NCBI GenBank assembly: GCA_036150515.1
Contig: JAYZPA010000115.1
Span: 1,644-65,643, forward strand
Direction: 5' to 3'
From: Planctomycetota bacterium
GTDB lineage: Bacteria > Planctomycetota > Planctomycetia > Pirellulales > Pirellulaceae
Length of the DNA stretch: 64,000 nt
Shown here: positions 39,273 through 48,773 of the stretch, piece after piece
Numbering within the stretch: position 1 is the first letter of the stretch
How the letters are laid out: every line of letters starts with the position of its first letter
Position numbers and translations under genes: made by a program
The notes under the pieces: generated by a model
Seen by the model: the letters and a program-made list of their open reading frames with translations, nothing else
What the model was told of the DNA's origin: nothing
Databases searched by the model: none

Positions 39273-39346
39273 GGGCCCGTAGCTCAGTTGGTTAGAGCAG
39301 GGGACTCATAATCCCTTTGTCGGCGGTTCGAGTCCGTCCGGGCCTA
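39273..39346 (+). tRNA. tRNA with anticodon CAU (elongator Met or lysidine-dependent Ile2)
   Basis: I folded it by hand as GGGCCCG-TA-GCTC-AGTTGGTTA-GAGC-A-GGGGA-CTCATAA-TCCCT-TTGTC-GGCGG-TTCGAGT-CCGTC-CGGGCCT-A. It lacks the initiator hallmarks: there is no C1xA72, and the three G-C pairs do not abut the loop. Confidence 0.85.
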
Positions 39347-39393
39347 CTTCTCTTTTTCTCCTCATCTCTTTCCGATAACTCTGATACCGCTTT

Positions 39394-40383
39394 ATGGAAA
39401 ACAGCTCAGAAATATCGTCTGATCGGACGATCACAGGTCGCACGATTGAACCACTGGATTCACAGATACACTGCATTCAGCCAGGGGGTGGTGTTTGTAT
39501 GCGTCTGGAATGGATCTGGGGATCGGTCCGTCGTTGTTACCTGAAGGTTTTTCGTCGGGGTTATCTAAAACGGATAAGGACGACTCGTCAGGGTGAGGTC
39601 AATCAATGTCCATGGGAGGTTCTGGATCCGCGTGATTTGAAGTTTCATGTGAATCAACAAGGGTATTACTGGGAACCCCGGGACGATCCGTTTCAGTGGC
39701 GTGAACGTCTGCCATTTGTCCGCGCAGGTCTGGCTGAATTGCTTATTTTCTCAATGGTTCTGATTCCTGTTGCCGGAGCTTTGATTCGTTTGGCAGTCCT
39801 GCAACACAGTGGCTGGTGGGTTGCAGCTGCGATTCCAATACTGTTGGAAGCGGAGGTTGTGTGGTTTTTTCGTAACCCGCGGCGGCAGATTCCCCAAGAT
39901 GCTGGACTGGTTGTTAGCCCGGCGGACGGGAAAGTCGATTTGATTGAAGAACTGGATCATGATGACGTTATCCAGGGCCCGGCCGTCAAGATTGCGATAT
40001 TCCTATCGGTTTTCAATGTTCACATTAATCGCAGTCCGATAACAGCCACGATCTTTGGATCGGGATATCGTCAGGGAAAATTTCTGAGTGCTTTGAAACC
40101 GGAATCCGCATGGGAAAATGAGCGTTTGGAGTTATGGCTTGAAGGAACAGAAGCGCCTCATCGTGTGATGCGATTACGTCAGATTACCGGACAGCTTGCC
40201 CGACGGATTGTCTGCCGTGCTAAACCAGGGGATGTATTTGAGCGTGGGGAACCCTATGGCATGATCAAATTAGGATCACGGACAGAATTGATTTTACCGC
40301 GGGAAGATAGTTTACAGCTGAAAGTGTCGGTGGGTGATAAGGTGAAGGCGGGTTGTTCGATCATGGCCCTATACGATGAATAA
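39394..40383 (+). CDS. psd: Phosphatidylserine decarboxylase proenzyme with an N-terminal membrane extension
   Basis: Motifs are VVSPADGKV, IFLSVFNVHINRSPI and IKLGSRTEL (G-S-T/R self-cleavage region). Alternative starts, for example 39499, cannot be excluded. Confidence 0.8.
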   Translation: MENSSEISSDRTITGRTIEPLDSQIHCIQPGGGVCMRLEWIWGSVRRCYLKVFRRGYLKRIRTTRQGEVNQCPWEVLDPRDLKFHVNQQGYYWEPRDDPFQWRERLPFVRAGLAELLIFSMVLIPVAGALIRLAVLQHSGWWVAAAIPILLEAEVVWFFRNPRRQIPQDAGLVVSPADGKVDLIEELDHDDVIQGPAVKIAIFLSVFNVHINRSPITATIFGSGYRQGKFLSALKPESAWENERLELWLEGTEAPHRVMRLRQITGQLARRIVCRAKPGDVFERGEPYGMIKLGSRTELILPREDSLQLKVSVGDKVKAGCSIMALYDE

Positions 40384-40486
40384 GGTTCCGTTTTCGATAG
40401 CCTGATCATGGATTGACCATACTGTTTTTGAATCCAATCGGATATTGATACTGTCATTTACCAATCATCGTTTTATAATCAGTGCT

Positions 40487-41386
40487 ATGAATGCAACTCC
40501 AGAGGATGAAGTCGTCGAGGAAGTTGAAGAATCCCGCTTCCCGATCTATCCGACCCTGATGACATTAGGAAACGCGATTTGCGGCCTGGCAGCTATTGGT
40601 TTGGCCACCAAGTCGGTTGTAAGTTCGGATGCCGTGGCCGAGGGAACCACACTAATGATGGGTGTGGCAGAGGCTCAGTCGTTGCAATATGCCGGGGTGT
40701 TAATTTTTCTGGGGATCTTATTTGACACGCTTGACGGTCAGGTGGCACGCTGGACGAATCAGACGAGTCGATTCGGGATGCACCTGGATAGTCTGTGCGA
40801 TGTGATCACGTTTGGGGTCGCCCCGGCTTTCATTATGCTTGCTTTTTCGGACACCCTGCATCCTAGATTTATCAGGGGCATTGCAGGAATCTATACGTTA
40901 TGTGCGATTCTGCGATTGGCCCGCTATAACGTACAGGCGGAAACGGAAAGCGGTGTTGGAAGTTATTTTCGGGGTTTACCCTCGCCGGCAGCGGCCGGAA
41001 CCATAGCTACATTTGCGATGGCGATGCCGGATATCATCGTATTATTAAATAGCTTGGAAAGTCACGACGAATCGTTGGGGCAGGTTCTTTATGCATTATT
41101 TATGGTCGTGGTTCCCCTGCTAACGGTCGTTTTGGCGTGTTTGATGGTTTCGCGTGTGCCCTACCCCCATATAGGAAAGCATCTGGCAAATCGGGAAAAG
41201 AGTCGCAAGAACTTCGTCAAGCTAGTGCAGATTTTGTTTGCGGTCATAGTCATCTTGATCTTCAAGGAGTTGGCGTTACCGATGATTTTTGTATATTACG
41301 TGACGGCGCCTCCCTGTGTGGTTGCCTGGCGAAATCTGGTAAAGCGTCGACCCGCAGTGGAGAAGGTTGAAGCGGATTTGTCCTGA
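40487..41386 (+). CDS. pssA: CDP-diacylglycerol--serine O-phosphatidyltransferase (CDP-alcohol phosphatidyltransferase family)
   Basis: ORF 40445..41386 begins at TTG; the first ATG is at 40487. The CDP-alcohol motif is DTLDGQVARWTNQTSRFGMHLDSLCD. Confidence 0.85.
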   Translation: MNATPEDEVVEEVEESRFPIYPTLMTLGNAICGLAAIGLATKSVVSSDAVAEGTTLMMGVAEAQSLQYAGVLIFLGILFDTLDGQVARWTNQTSRFGMHLDSLCDVITFGVAPAFIMLAFSDTLHPRFIRGIAGIYTLCAILRLARYNVQAETESGVGSYFRGLPSPAAAGTIATFAMAMPDIIVLLNSLESHDESLGQVLYALFMVVVPLLTVVLACLMVSRVPYPHIGKHLANREKSRKNFVKLVQILFAVIVILIFKELALPMIFVYYVTAPPCVVAWRNLVKRRPAVEKVEADLS

Positions 41387-41409
41387 CGGCATTCATCGTA
41401 TTGATGTGA

Positions 41410-41718
41410 TTACGGGTGACACAATACGGCTGTCGTTACCGAAGAATTCAGTTCAGCAACGGGCATTTGCAGGCAGCGCGTGCCGGACGAATCATAGAAG
41501 TAGATTTCGTTTTTCAGAAAATCCCAGACGGCAGTCAATTGCATTTGTCGCGGGCCTTGAACACTAAACAGAATCCCACAGAGCTTTCCGGCTCGAGTCA
41601 AATTCCGTTCGCTCAACGGAAACTGAGCAGCGTCGAGCTGTTCAAAATCACATAGCATCGTATGAATGATTTGTCGCAGTCGTTTTGAGGATGGCGGACC
41701 GAGGGCATGTGGATTCAT
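41410..41718 (-). CDS. Hypothetical protein (102 aa)
   Basis: Its composition is protein-like and it fits cleanly between pssA and dedA. I recognise no family. Confidence 0.4.
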   Translation of the reverse strand: MNPHALGPPSSKRLRQIIHTMLCDFEQLDAAQFPLSERNLTRAGKLCGILFSVQGPRQMQLTAVWDFLKNEIYFYDSSGTRCLQMPVAELNSSVTTAVLCHP

Positions 41719-41979
41719 CAGTGGTAATCTCAGGCTGAAACGCTTCCCGGAAAACAGAACAGGTGTGGGGTTGGGAAGCGTAAGGGAATCAAGACTAGGG
41801 TTGATTGCTGAGTGCGGTATAATGACCTATCGGTATTTACAGAGGTTCCAGTGTAGTTTCAAAAATGAGTTTCTGAAAAATCTTATCATTCCCCCGGAAA
41901 TTCACGCTGTCAGACCCCCCGAGGACATTCACCAGCGGCCGGAATTACTCTATCCAGCTCTTTTAAAATTTCTAGCGGC

Positions 41980-42657
41980 ATGCGTACATTATTGCGACAA
42001 ATGATTCCGATCGGATTGGTACTGGCGATTCCGATCGTTCCATTCCTGTTCATGGGGGATTGGGTGGAAGATTGGATTTCGGACGTCGAGCAGTCACCCT
42101 GGTATCCGGCGATTGTGATTTTGTTGTTGTCAGGTGACATTTTTTTGCCGATTCCTTCCAGCGTGGTGTCGACTTATACCGGTGGCCAGCTGAATTGGTT
42201 TACCGGTACTTTGGTTTCCTGGACCGGTATGACCATCGGAGCTACCTTAGGATTTGCATTGTCGCGTCAATATGGGAGGGTATTTGCATTACGATTCTCT
42301 AGTCAGCAGGAGTTGTCCCGTGCAGGAGAATTAGCGGATCGTTTTGGGCCAGGTTTTCTGATTTTGGCTCGGGGTGTGCCGGTCGTCGCTGAGGCAAGCG
42401 TCCTGTTGATGGGGATTCATGGCTTGTCCTGGGGTCGGTTTTTAGGGCCTATCGTATTCAGTAATCTGGGAATATCGTTAGGTTATTCAGCGTTTGGGCA
42501 TATTGCCCGCGAACATGATTGGTTTCCATTGGCTTTGGGCGTCAGCATTGGCGTGCCAATTGTATTAACATTAGTGGTACAGCGACTGTTCCAACACCCC
42601 CGGGTTGAAAGCCGTTCGTTAGACGATGGTGACGATTCCCAGCCTGAGAAATTTTGA
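41980..42657 (+). CDS. DedA / VTT-domain membrane protein
   Basis: A multi-TM protein with LLLSGDIFLPIPSSVV and a G-rich loop typical of DedA/SNARE-associated proteins. Its stop abuts the next start (TGAATG). Confidence 0.7.
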   Translation: MRTLLRQMIPIGLVLAIPIVPFLFMGDWVEDWISDVEQSPWYPAIVILLLSGDIFLPIPSSVVSTYTGGQLNWFTGTLVSWTGMTIGATLGFALSRQYGRVFALRFSSQQELSRAGELADRFGPGFLILARGVPVVAEASVLLMGIHGLSWGRFLGPIVFSNLGISLGYSAFGHIAREHDWFPLALGVSIGVPIVLTLVVQRLFQHPRVESRSLDDGDDSQPEKF

Positions 42658-44694
42658 ATGACTGACTCCATAGAACCTCAACAACATTTGACATCGCTTT
42701 TGGAAAGTTCCGAACCGGAAGTGATGGCAGTAGAGACGCGTGCCGAGGGCCCGAAAGGCGCTTTGCCACTCACAGCCGAGATGCTTACCAGTTGGTCCAG
42801 TGGTGATTTGTTCGGAATGACACAAAATGCTGGAATGGGCTGGACTCCCGAAGAGTTACTGGGCCCCCAGTATCTGGTATTGAGTACGCAGGGAGGGATG
42901 CGTTCGGAAGACGGTTCGCCAATTGCACTGGGCTATCACACAGGCCATTGGGAGGTTGGTTTACTGGTTCAGGCTGCTGCCAAAACGTTCCGGGCCGCTG
43001 GTGGAATACCATTTGCAGCGTACTGCAGCGACCCCTGTGACGGTCGAACTCAGGGAACGGTCGGCATGTTTGACAGTTTGCCCTATCGCAATGATGCGGC
43101 GATTGTGTTGCGACGACTGATACGTTCGCTACCAACTCGTCGCGGTGTATTAGGCGTAGCGACATGTGACAAAGGTTTGCCCGCGATGATGTTGGCACTG
43201 GCGGGCACCCATTCCTTACCAGGGATCATTGTGCCCGGTGGGGTGACATTGCCACCGGAGGAGGGTGAGGATGCCGGTAAGGTTCAGTCCATTGGTGCTC
43301 GATTTGTGCATGGTGAAATTACATTAGAAGATGCTGCCGTAGCAGGATGCCGGGCGTGTGCGACCAGCGGCGGTGGCTGTCAGTTTCTAGGCACGGCCGC
43401 AACCAGTCAGGTCGTTGCCGAAGCAATGGGAATGACGCTGCCCCACGCTGCACTGGCTCCCAGCGGACAGGCTATCTGGTTGGAAGTTGCTTCTCGCAGC
43501 GCCACGGCCCTGCAGCAACTTGCCGATCGCAACGTGACCATGACGGATATTTTGACGCCCGCCAGTATTCACAATGCGATGGCAGTCCATGCTGCCTGTG
43601 GCGGATCCACCAATCTTTTGCTGCATATACCGGCGATTGCTCATGCTGCAGGTTTGCCACGACCCACGGTTGATGACTGGAATGAAGTGAATCGTCAAGT
43701 TCCCCGTTTTGTCGATGTTTTACCCAACGGGCCGTCCTATCACCCCACCGTACAGTTTTTCCTTGCCGGCGGCGTTCCTGAAGTTATGCTGCATTTGCGT
43801 AAGCGTGGTTTGCTGGATGTCCAGGCACGCACGGTGAGCGGTTGTACGGTGGATGAAGTCCTTAACTGGTGGGAACAATCCGAACGGCGTCAGGTTTTGA
43901 GAAAACGATTACAGGATCATGACGGAGTGGATCCCCGGGACGTCATCATTCCTCCGGACGAGGCTCAGCAGCGCGGCTTGACCAGTACCGTTTGTTTCCC
44001 CAAAGGTAATCTTTGTCCGGAAGGTGCGGTCATTAAATCAACCGCCATCGATCCATCGGTTGTGGATGAGGATGGAGTGTACCGTATGGAGGGACCTGCA
44101 CGGGTTTTTACAAGCGAACGAAGCGCAATTGCAGCGATTAAGGGCCAGACACAACCGGCGATTAAGTCAGGTGACGTTTTAGTCCTGATGGGTCGGGGTC
44201 CGTTGGGATCAGGAATGGAAGAGACTTATCAACTCACATCAGCGCTGAAGTTTCTGAGCTGGGGTAAAGAAGTTGCCATTGTTACCGATGCCCGTTTTTC
44301 CGGTGTCAGTACAGGCGCCTGTATCGGACATGTAGGCCCCGAGGCACTGGCGGGCGGGCCCATCGGTAAAGTTGTCGACGGCGACAGAATCCGTATTCTG
44401 GTGGATCGTAATGTTCTGACCGGGTCGGTGGATTTGGTAGGGGATGCGAATGGGAAACTAACACCCCCGCAGGCTGAGTCGGTATTGGCAGAACGTCCAC
44501 TTAATTCAGGTTTAGTTTCCACCGAGGATTTGCCCGACGACACACGGCTTTGGGCTGCTCTGCAGAATGTCAGCGGTGGTACCTGGGGAGGCTGTATTTA
44601 TGATGTCCAGAGGATTAAAGAGGTTCTTGAGGCAGGTGAAAAGGCATTACAGGACAAAGTTTCAACACCGCAAGATGGAACTGAAAATGTATAA
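42658..44694 (+). CDS. IlvD/Edd family sugar-acid dehydratase, YjhG/YagF (D-xylonate dehydratase) type
   Basis: The match to my recollection of E. coli YjhG is long and co-linear. Shared segments are [95 protein letters not shown] and DDTRLWA.LQ.VSGGTW.GCIYDV. Confidence 0.88.
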   Translation: MTDSIEPQQHLTSLLESSEPEVMAVETRAEGPKGALPLTAEMLTSWSSGDLFGMTQNAGMGWTPEELLGPQYLVLSTQGGMRSEDGSPIALGYHTGHWEVGLLVQAAAKTFRAAGGIPFAAYCSDPCDGRTQGTVGMFDSLPYRNDAAIVLRRLIRSLPTRRGVLGVATCDKGLPAMMLALAGTHSLPGIIVPGGVTLPPEEGEDAGKVQSIGARFVHGEITLEDAAVAGCRACATSGGGCQFLGTAATSQVVAEAMGMTLPHAALAPSGQAIWLEVASRSATALQQLADRNVTMTDILTPASIHNAMAVHAACGGSTNLLLHIPAIAHAAGLPRPTVDDWNEVNRQVPRFVDVLPNGPSYHPTVQFFLAGGVPEVMLHLRKRGLLDVQARTVSGCTVDEVLNWWEQSERRQVLRKRLQDHDGVDPRDVIIPPDEAQQRGLTSTVCFPKGNLCPEGAVIKSTAIDPSVVDEDGVYRMEGPARVFTSERSAIAAIKGQTQPAIKSGDVLVLMGRGPLGSGMEETYQLTSALKFLSWGKEVAIVTDARFSGVSTGACIGHVGPEALAGGPIGKVVDGDRIRILVDRNVLTGSVDLVGDANGKLTPPQAESVLAERPLNSGLVSTEDLPDDTRLWAALQNVSGGTWGGCIYDVQRIKEVLEAGEKALQDKVSTPQDGTENV

Positions 44695-44721
44695 AACGAT
44701 CGATGAAGGGAAACAGGGCGA

Positions 44722-46353
44722 ATGAAAGTTGAAGGCACAGCTATTTCACGCATATTCTGCAGCGCGATTCTGATTTGGATGGCATGGGTAACCCTGCTTC
44801 CCGCAGCGGAATCGCTGCATTTGGATCCGGTGGGTGCAACAGGGAAACTGGTGATTGGTGGAGGCGGTAAATTGCCAGCGGAAGTGAGGCGACAGTTCCT
44901 GAAATGGGCAGGTGGCAGTACAGCGCAACTGTTGATTATCCCCACGGCATCGGTTCGCGCGGATGATCCTCAGGCAAGTTCCGAAATACTAAAAGGCTGG
45001 CAGGACGAGGACATCAAGTCGGCTGCGATATTACACACGCGTTCACGAGAAACCGCCAATGATCCCGAATTTGTTGCCGCGCTGGATCAGGCTACCGGGG
45101 TTTGGTTCGTGGGGGGCATCCAACAGAAAATTGCAGAATCCTATGTCGGAACGTTGTTTGAACAGAAACTGATGAACTTGCTGGCACGCGGCGGTGTTGT
45201 TGGTGGAAGCAGTGCTGGAGCCGCCATTCAATCCCGCCTGATGATCCAGAGTGGCACCCGTGTGGCGAATTGCAGCACGGGTTTTGATTTATTACCGGGT
45301 ACGGTCATCGATCAGCATTTTAGTGAGCGGAATCGGCTGAATCGTTTAACAGGCGTCATGGATCAGTTTCCGCGCCTGGTCGGATTGGGAATTGACGAAT
45401 CAACGGCTTTGTTGGTCGATGGTCGATGGATGCGTGTTGTGGGATCCGGGAAGGTGACGGTTTGTTGGGGGCATGGTACCAAACAGGGCTTGGATGCACT
45501 GCAAAAAACATATCAGGGCGGTGAACTGCTGGATTTAACCTCACTGCGACGTATTGCACGTGACCGCTGGCAGCCCGTGTTTCCGCCGCGCAAACCCAAG
45601 GCTGCCAACGTCAAACATGGATCATTGATGATTGTGGGTGGAGGCGGCATGTCGTTGTCGTTGGTAAAGGAATTTGTTGAATTAGCCGGAGGCAAAGATG
45701 CCTCGCTGGTGGTTCTTCCTACAGCGATGCCGGATCCGATCATCGGGGATCGCAGCAAACAGATGTTTGCAGCCGTGGGCGCAAAAAATGTGACGGTTTT
45801 AGTCCAGCGAAAACGTGAGGATGTTGAATCGCCGGAAGTTCTGCAAGTGCTGAAAGAAGCTCAGGGAATCTGGTTTGGAGGTGGGCGACAATGGCGATTT
45901 GTTGATGCTTACGAAAATACAAAAGCCTATTCGCTGTTGCATGATGTCTTACGCCGGGGGGGGGTGATCGGAGGCAGCAGTGCCGGAGCATCGATTCAGG
46001 GTGATTATCTTGCTCGCGGCAATCCACTGGGAAATCTCGATATTATGGCTGCTGGCTACGAACGTGGATTTGGTTTTCTGGGTGGTGTGGCGATTGATCA
46101 GCATTTTGCCCAGCGAAATCGATTTGCGGATATGGCCAGCCTGGTAAAGCGTTATCCTCAAATTCTTGGGATTGGTATTGATGAGGCAACGGCTTTGATC
46201 GTAAAAGGGCGGCAGGGCGAGATTCGCGGGCCGGGCCAGGTTCATTTCTATGACTCGGCCGCCCCAGTTCAGCCAAATGCTACAGAATACCTTTCGCTTT
46301 CGGCAGGCCAGACCTATGATCTGGTTAAACGTCAAATACTCCAAAAGCGTTAG
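44722..46353 (+). CDS. Secreted tandem (duplicated) cyanophycinase-like peptidase S51 protein
   Basis: A signal peptide is followed by two homologous halves. Each half has GGG(G)K.P, VPTA, W(F)(V/G)GG.Q, GGSSAGA(A/S)IQ, IDQHF..RNR and LG(L/I)GIDE.TAL.V. Confidence 0.75.
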   Translation: MKVEGTAISRIFCSAILIWMAWVTLLPAAESLHLDPVGATGKLVIGGGGKLPAEVRRQFLKWAGGSTAQLLIIPTASVRADDPQASSEILKGWQDEDIKSAAILHTRSRETANDPEFVAALDQATGVWFVGGIQQKIAESYVGTLFEQKLMNLLARGGVVGGSSAGAAIQSRLMIQSGTRVANCSTGFDLLPGTVIDQHFSERNRLNRLTGVMDQFPRLVGLGIDESTALLVDGRWMRVVGSGKVTVCWGHGTKQGLDALQKTYQGGELLDLTSLRRIARDRWQPVFPPRKPKAANVKHGSLMIVGGGGMSLSLVKEFVELAGGKDASLVVLPTAMPDPIIGDRSKQMFAAVGAKNVTVLVQRKREDVESPEVLQVLKEAQGIWFGGGRQWRFVDAYENTKAYSLLHDVLRRGGVIGGSSAGASIQGDYLARGNPLGNLDIMAAGYERGFGFLGGVAIDQHFAQRNRFADMASLVKRYPQILGIGIDEATALIVKGRQGEIRGPGQVHFYDSAAPVQPNATEYLSLSAGQTYDLVKRQILQKR

Positions 46354-46452
46354 CGGTTTTTAAGGTTATCCTTATCGCAGGCAATCGAAGGTTTACGTCG
46401 GATCGGATTTGCGACAAATCACTTTGAACAAGTTGAATATAGGGAAAAACGG

Positions 46453-47391
46453 ATGCTGACAAGAGCGACGGGCCGTACACGGTTTCCCTGGCTGTTCATC
46501 AGTCCCTGGCTGATAGGACTACTTGCTTTATTTGTGTTTCCATTTATCGCCTCGTTAATTCTGTCATTTACCCAGTATGACTTGCTGACCAGTCCGCGCT
46601 ATACGGGGTGGACTCATTATCGCCGGGTTGTTGCCGAATTCATGTCGGGGCGCGGAGCCGGTAAGGCATTATGGAACACATTCTATTTTGCTGCGGTCAG
46701 TGTTCCGCTATCGACGATGCTGGCCATTGGATTAGCCGTAATGCTGAACTGGAAAGTGCGCGGTCAAGCTGTTTTTCGGACGCTGTTCTACTTGCCGACG
46801 ATGATGCCTCTGGTGGCATCTTCGATTCTGTGGCTATGGCTGCTGGATCCCCGTGACGGGCTGGTAAATGGGTTTTTGGGCCTGTTCATGGAGACGCCCC
46901 CGTTGTGGTTCCATGGGATTCAGGAAGGTTGGCTGCCGGGCGAATGGTTTCAATTCGGTTCCAAAGACGGATTAGTTTTTATGGCGGTCTGGAGTGTCGG
47001 GAACTTTATGCTGATTTATCTGGCGGCGTTAGGTGACATATCACGTGACCTCTATCGAGCATCTGAGTTGGATGGGGCCGGTCGGTTTCGACAATTCTGG
47101 CATATTACTTTACCGATGTTATCGCCCGTTATTTTTTTTAATATTGTCCTTGGGTTCATTCAGTCCATGCAGGCGTTTACGCAGGTATATATTGTGAGTG
47201 AAGGTACGGGTCAGCCGGCGGAGTCGACGTTAATGTTGTCGCTACATCTGTTTCTGTCTGCTTTTCGCGATTTGGAGATGGGCTATGCTTCGGCGATGGC
47301 CTGGGTTTTGTTTGGAATTTTAGCCCTGGCTACATGGGGCCTGTTTCGTTCCAGCCGTAAATGGGTACATTACCAGGGAGTCCATCGATGA
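46453..47391 (+). CDS. Carbohydrate ABC transporter permease (CUT1, MalF/UgpA-like)
   Basis: A 6-TM protein. The EAA loop is YRASELDGAGRFRQFWHITLPMLSP. Confidence 0.88.
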   Translation: MLTRATGRTRFPWLFISPWLIGLLALFVFPFIASLILSFTQYDLLTSPRYTGWTHYRRVVAEFMSGRGAGKALWNTFYFAAVSVPLSTMLAIGLAVMLNWKVRGQAVFRTLFYLPTMMPLVASSILWLWLLDPRDGLVNGFLGLFMETPPLWFHGIQEGWLPGEWFQFGSKDGLVFMAVWSVGNFMLIYLAALGDISRDLYRASELDGAGRFRQFWHITLPMLSPVIFFNIVLGFIQSMQAFTQVYIVSEGTGQPAESTLMLSLHLFLSAFRDLEMGYASAMAWVLFGILALATWGLFRSSRKWVHYQGVHR

Positions 47392-48773
47392 TCAGATCCC
47401 GTATGAAGATCGTCCTGATGTCGGTACCGCTGCTGGTGCTGGTGGCTTGGAGCAGTTTAACTTCGCTTTCGGAAACCGCACCCCCGGATCGTGAAGAGGT
47501 GGTATTCTGGCATTTTTGGTCCGGTCCGGATGCAGATGTGGTTGCGGACGTGGTGACCCGGTTTAACCGCAGTCAGGATCGATATTACGTCAGAGCGATT
47601 TCCATGCCGGGCAACAACTTTGATATGAAGTTGTTCTTAGCCATTACGGGAGGAGACCCACCCGACTTGATCAACCAGGATGATCCGATCGTGGCGGATT
47701 GGGCAGAGCGTGGTGCCATTATGTCGATGGAGGAGATTGTGCCGCCGGATGAAGTAGCGGAGTTTCGTGATTGGTTATTGCCGGCTGCCGTTCGATTGGG
47801 ACTTTACCGGAACCGCTGTTATGCGGTTTGCAATGGGCTGGATATCCGGGCATTGTATTACAATACGGATTTGATTGAGAGTGCATTGGGTACCGTGGCA
47901 CCCACCGAACTGCGCGACGTAGCGCATCTTGATGAGATTGCAGAGCGTTGTAACGTCTATGATTCGACCGGAAATCTGCAGCAGGTTGGTTATTTACCGG
48001 ATCCGCGTCGTTTGTGGGCGTGGGGGGTTGTCTTTGGCGGCGAGTTTATAGACACTCGCACCTCACGTATTCGTGCCAGCGATCCACAAATTGTGGCAGC
48101 ATTGCAGTGGATGGTGGGTTATCGCGACCGATTGGGGGCAGGGACGGTGGCCAAGTTCCGTCAAAATGATCAATCGCTGCCGAACAAGATGTTCCCTTTG
48201 TTAGCTGGGCGTCACGCGATCATTATGGATGGTCAGTGGCGCGTGCGTGATATTGTCCAGTCGCAGGCGGCGAGTCGTCGGACGGGGCAGATGCCGACTC
48301 GTTATGGTGTTTGGCGTTTACCGGCAGATCCTGCTCAGGGCGGTCGGGATGGATGGGTAAACGGGAACGTATTTATGGTGCCGCGTGGTGCACGGCAACC
48401 AAGGGGAGCCTGGGAATTCATCAAGTTTTGGTGTGGTTATGGAGGTCAGGTGGAGCAGGCAGCTCAAACCTGTATTGCCGGTGGATGGATTCCGGTTTCG
48501 GATGAGGTATGTCAGTCAGCCGATTTTGTACAGTATCTGGAAGCGAATCCGTTATTTGCCCGTTTTGTAGAGCTGTCTCAAACGGATCAGGTACCGACGC
48601 CTGTGATTCCCGGAGCGGCACGCTACTATCGTGAAGTCAATAATGCGGTTCAGCAGCTGATGTATTCTGAGAATCCGCCAACGCCGACCGCCGTGTTAGA
48701 ACGAGTTGAGCTTAGTGTTCAGCAGGCGGTTGATCAAATCCGCGAGTCCCGAAATCCTGAGGAGGCCCCCTGA
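47388..48773 (+). CDS. ABC transporter extracellular solute-binding protein (family 1, sugar-type)
   Basis: ORF 47361..48773. The ATG at 47388 overlaps the upstream stop (ATGA). It has a signal anchor (MIRSRMKIVLMSVPLLVLVAW) and SBP_bac_1-like length and composition. Confidence 0.7.
   Translation: MIRSRMKIVLMSVPLLVLVAWSSLTSLSETAPPDREEVVFWHFWSGPDADVVADVVTRFNRSQDRYYVRAISMPGNNFDMKLFLAITGGDPPDLINQDDPIVADWAERGAIMSMEEIVPPDEVAEFRDWLLPAAVRLGLYRNRCYAVCNGLDIRALYYNTDLIESALGTVAPTELRDVAHLDEIAERCNVYDSTGNLQQVGYLPDPRRLWAWGVVFGGEFIDTRTSRIRASDPQIVAALQWMVGYRDRLGAGTVAKFRQNDQSLPNKMFPLLAGRHAIIMDGQWRVRDIVQSQAASRRTGQMPTRYGVWRLPADPAQGGRDGWVNGNVFMVPRGARQPRGAWEFIKFWCGYGGQVEQAAQTCIAGGWIPVSDEVCQSADFVQYLEANPLFARFVELSQTDQVPTPVIPGAARYYREVNNAVQQLMYSENPPTPTAVLERVELSVQQAVDQIRESRNPEEAP

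Noticed and set aside
41793-41823. A TTGATT ... TATAAT promoter-like pair upstream of dedA.
   Set aside because: The spacer is only 11 nt, far from the 16-18 nt optimum. The -10-like hexamer alone is not sufficient evidence.
45956-45964. A G9 homopolymer inside the tandem S51 gene, considered as a possible phase-variation slippage tract.
   Set aside because: It encodes Arg-Gly-Gly in the conserved RRGGVIGG motif. Other housekeeping genes here have comparable runs at Gly-Gly codons (G8 at 23757-23764 in the M20 peptidase, G7 at 51072-51078). It therefore looks like codon usage rather than a contingency locus, although it is a likely site for sequencing errors.
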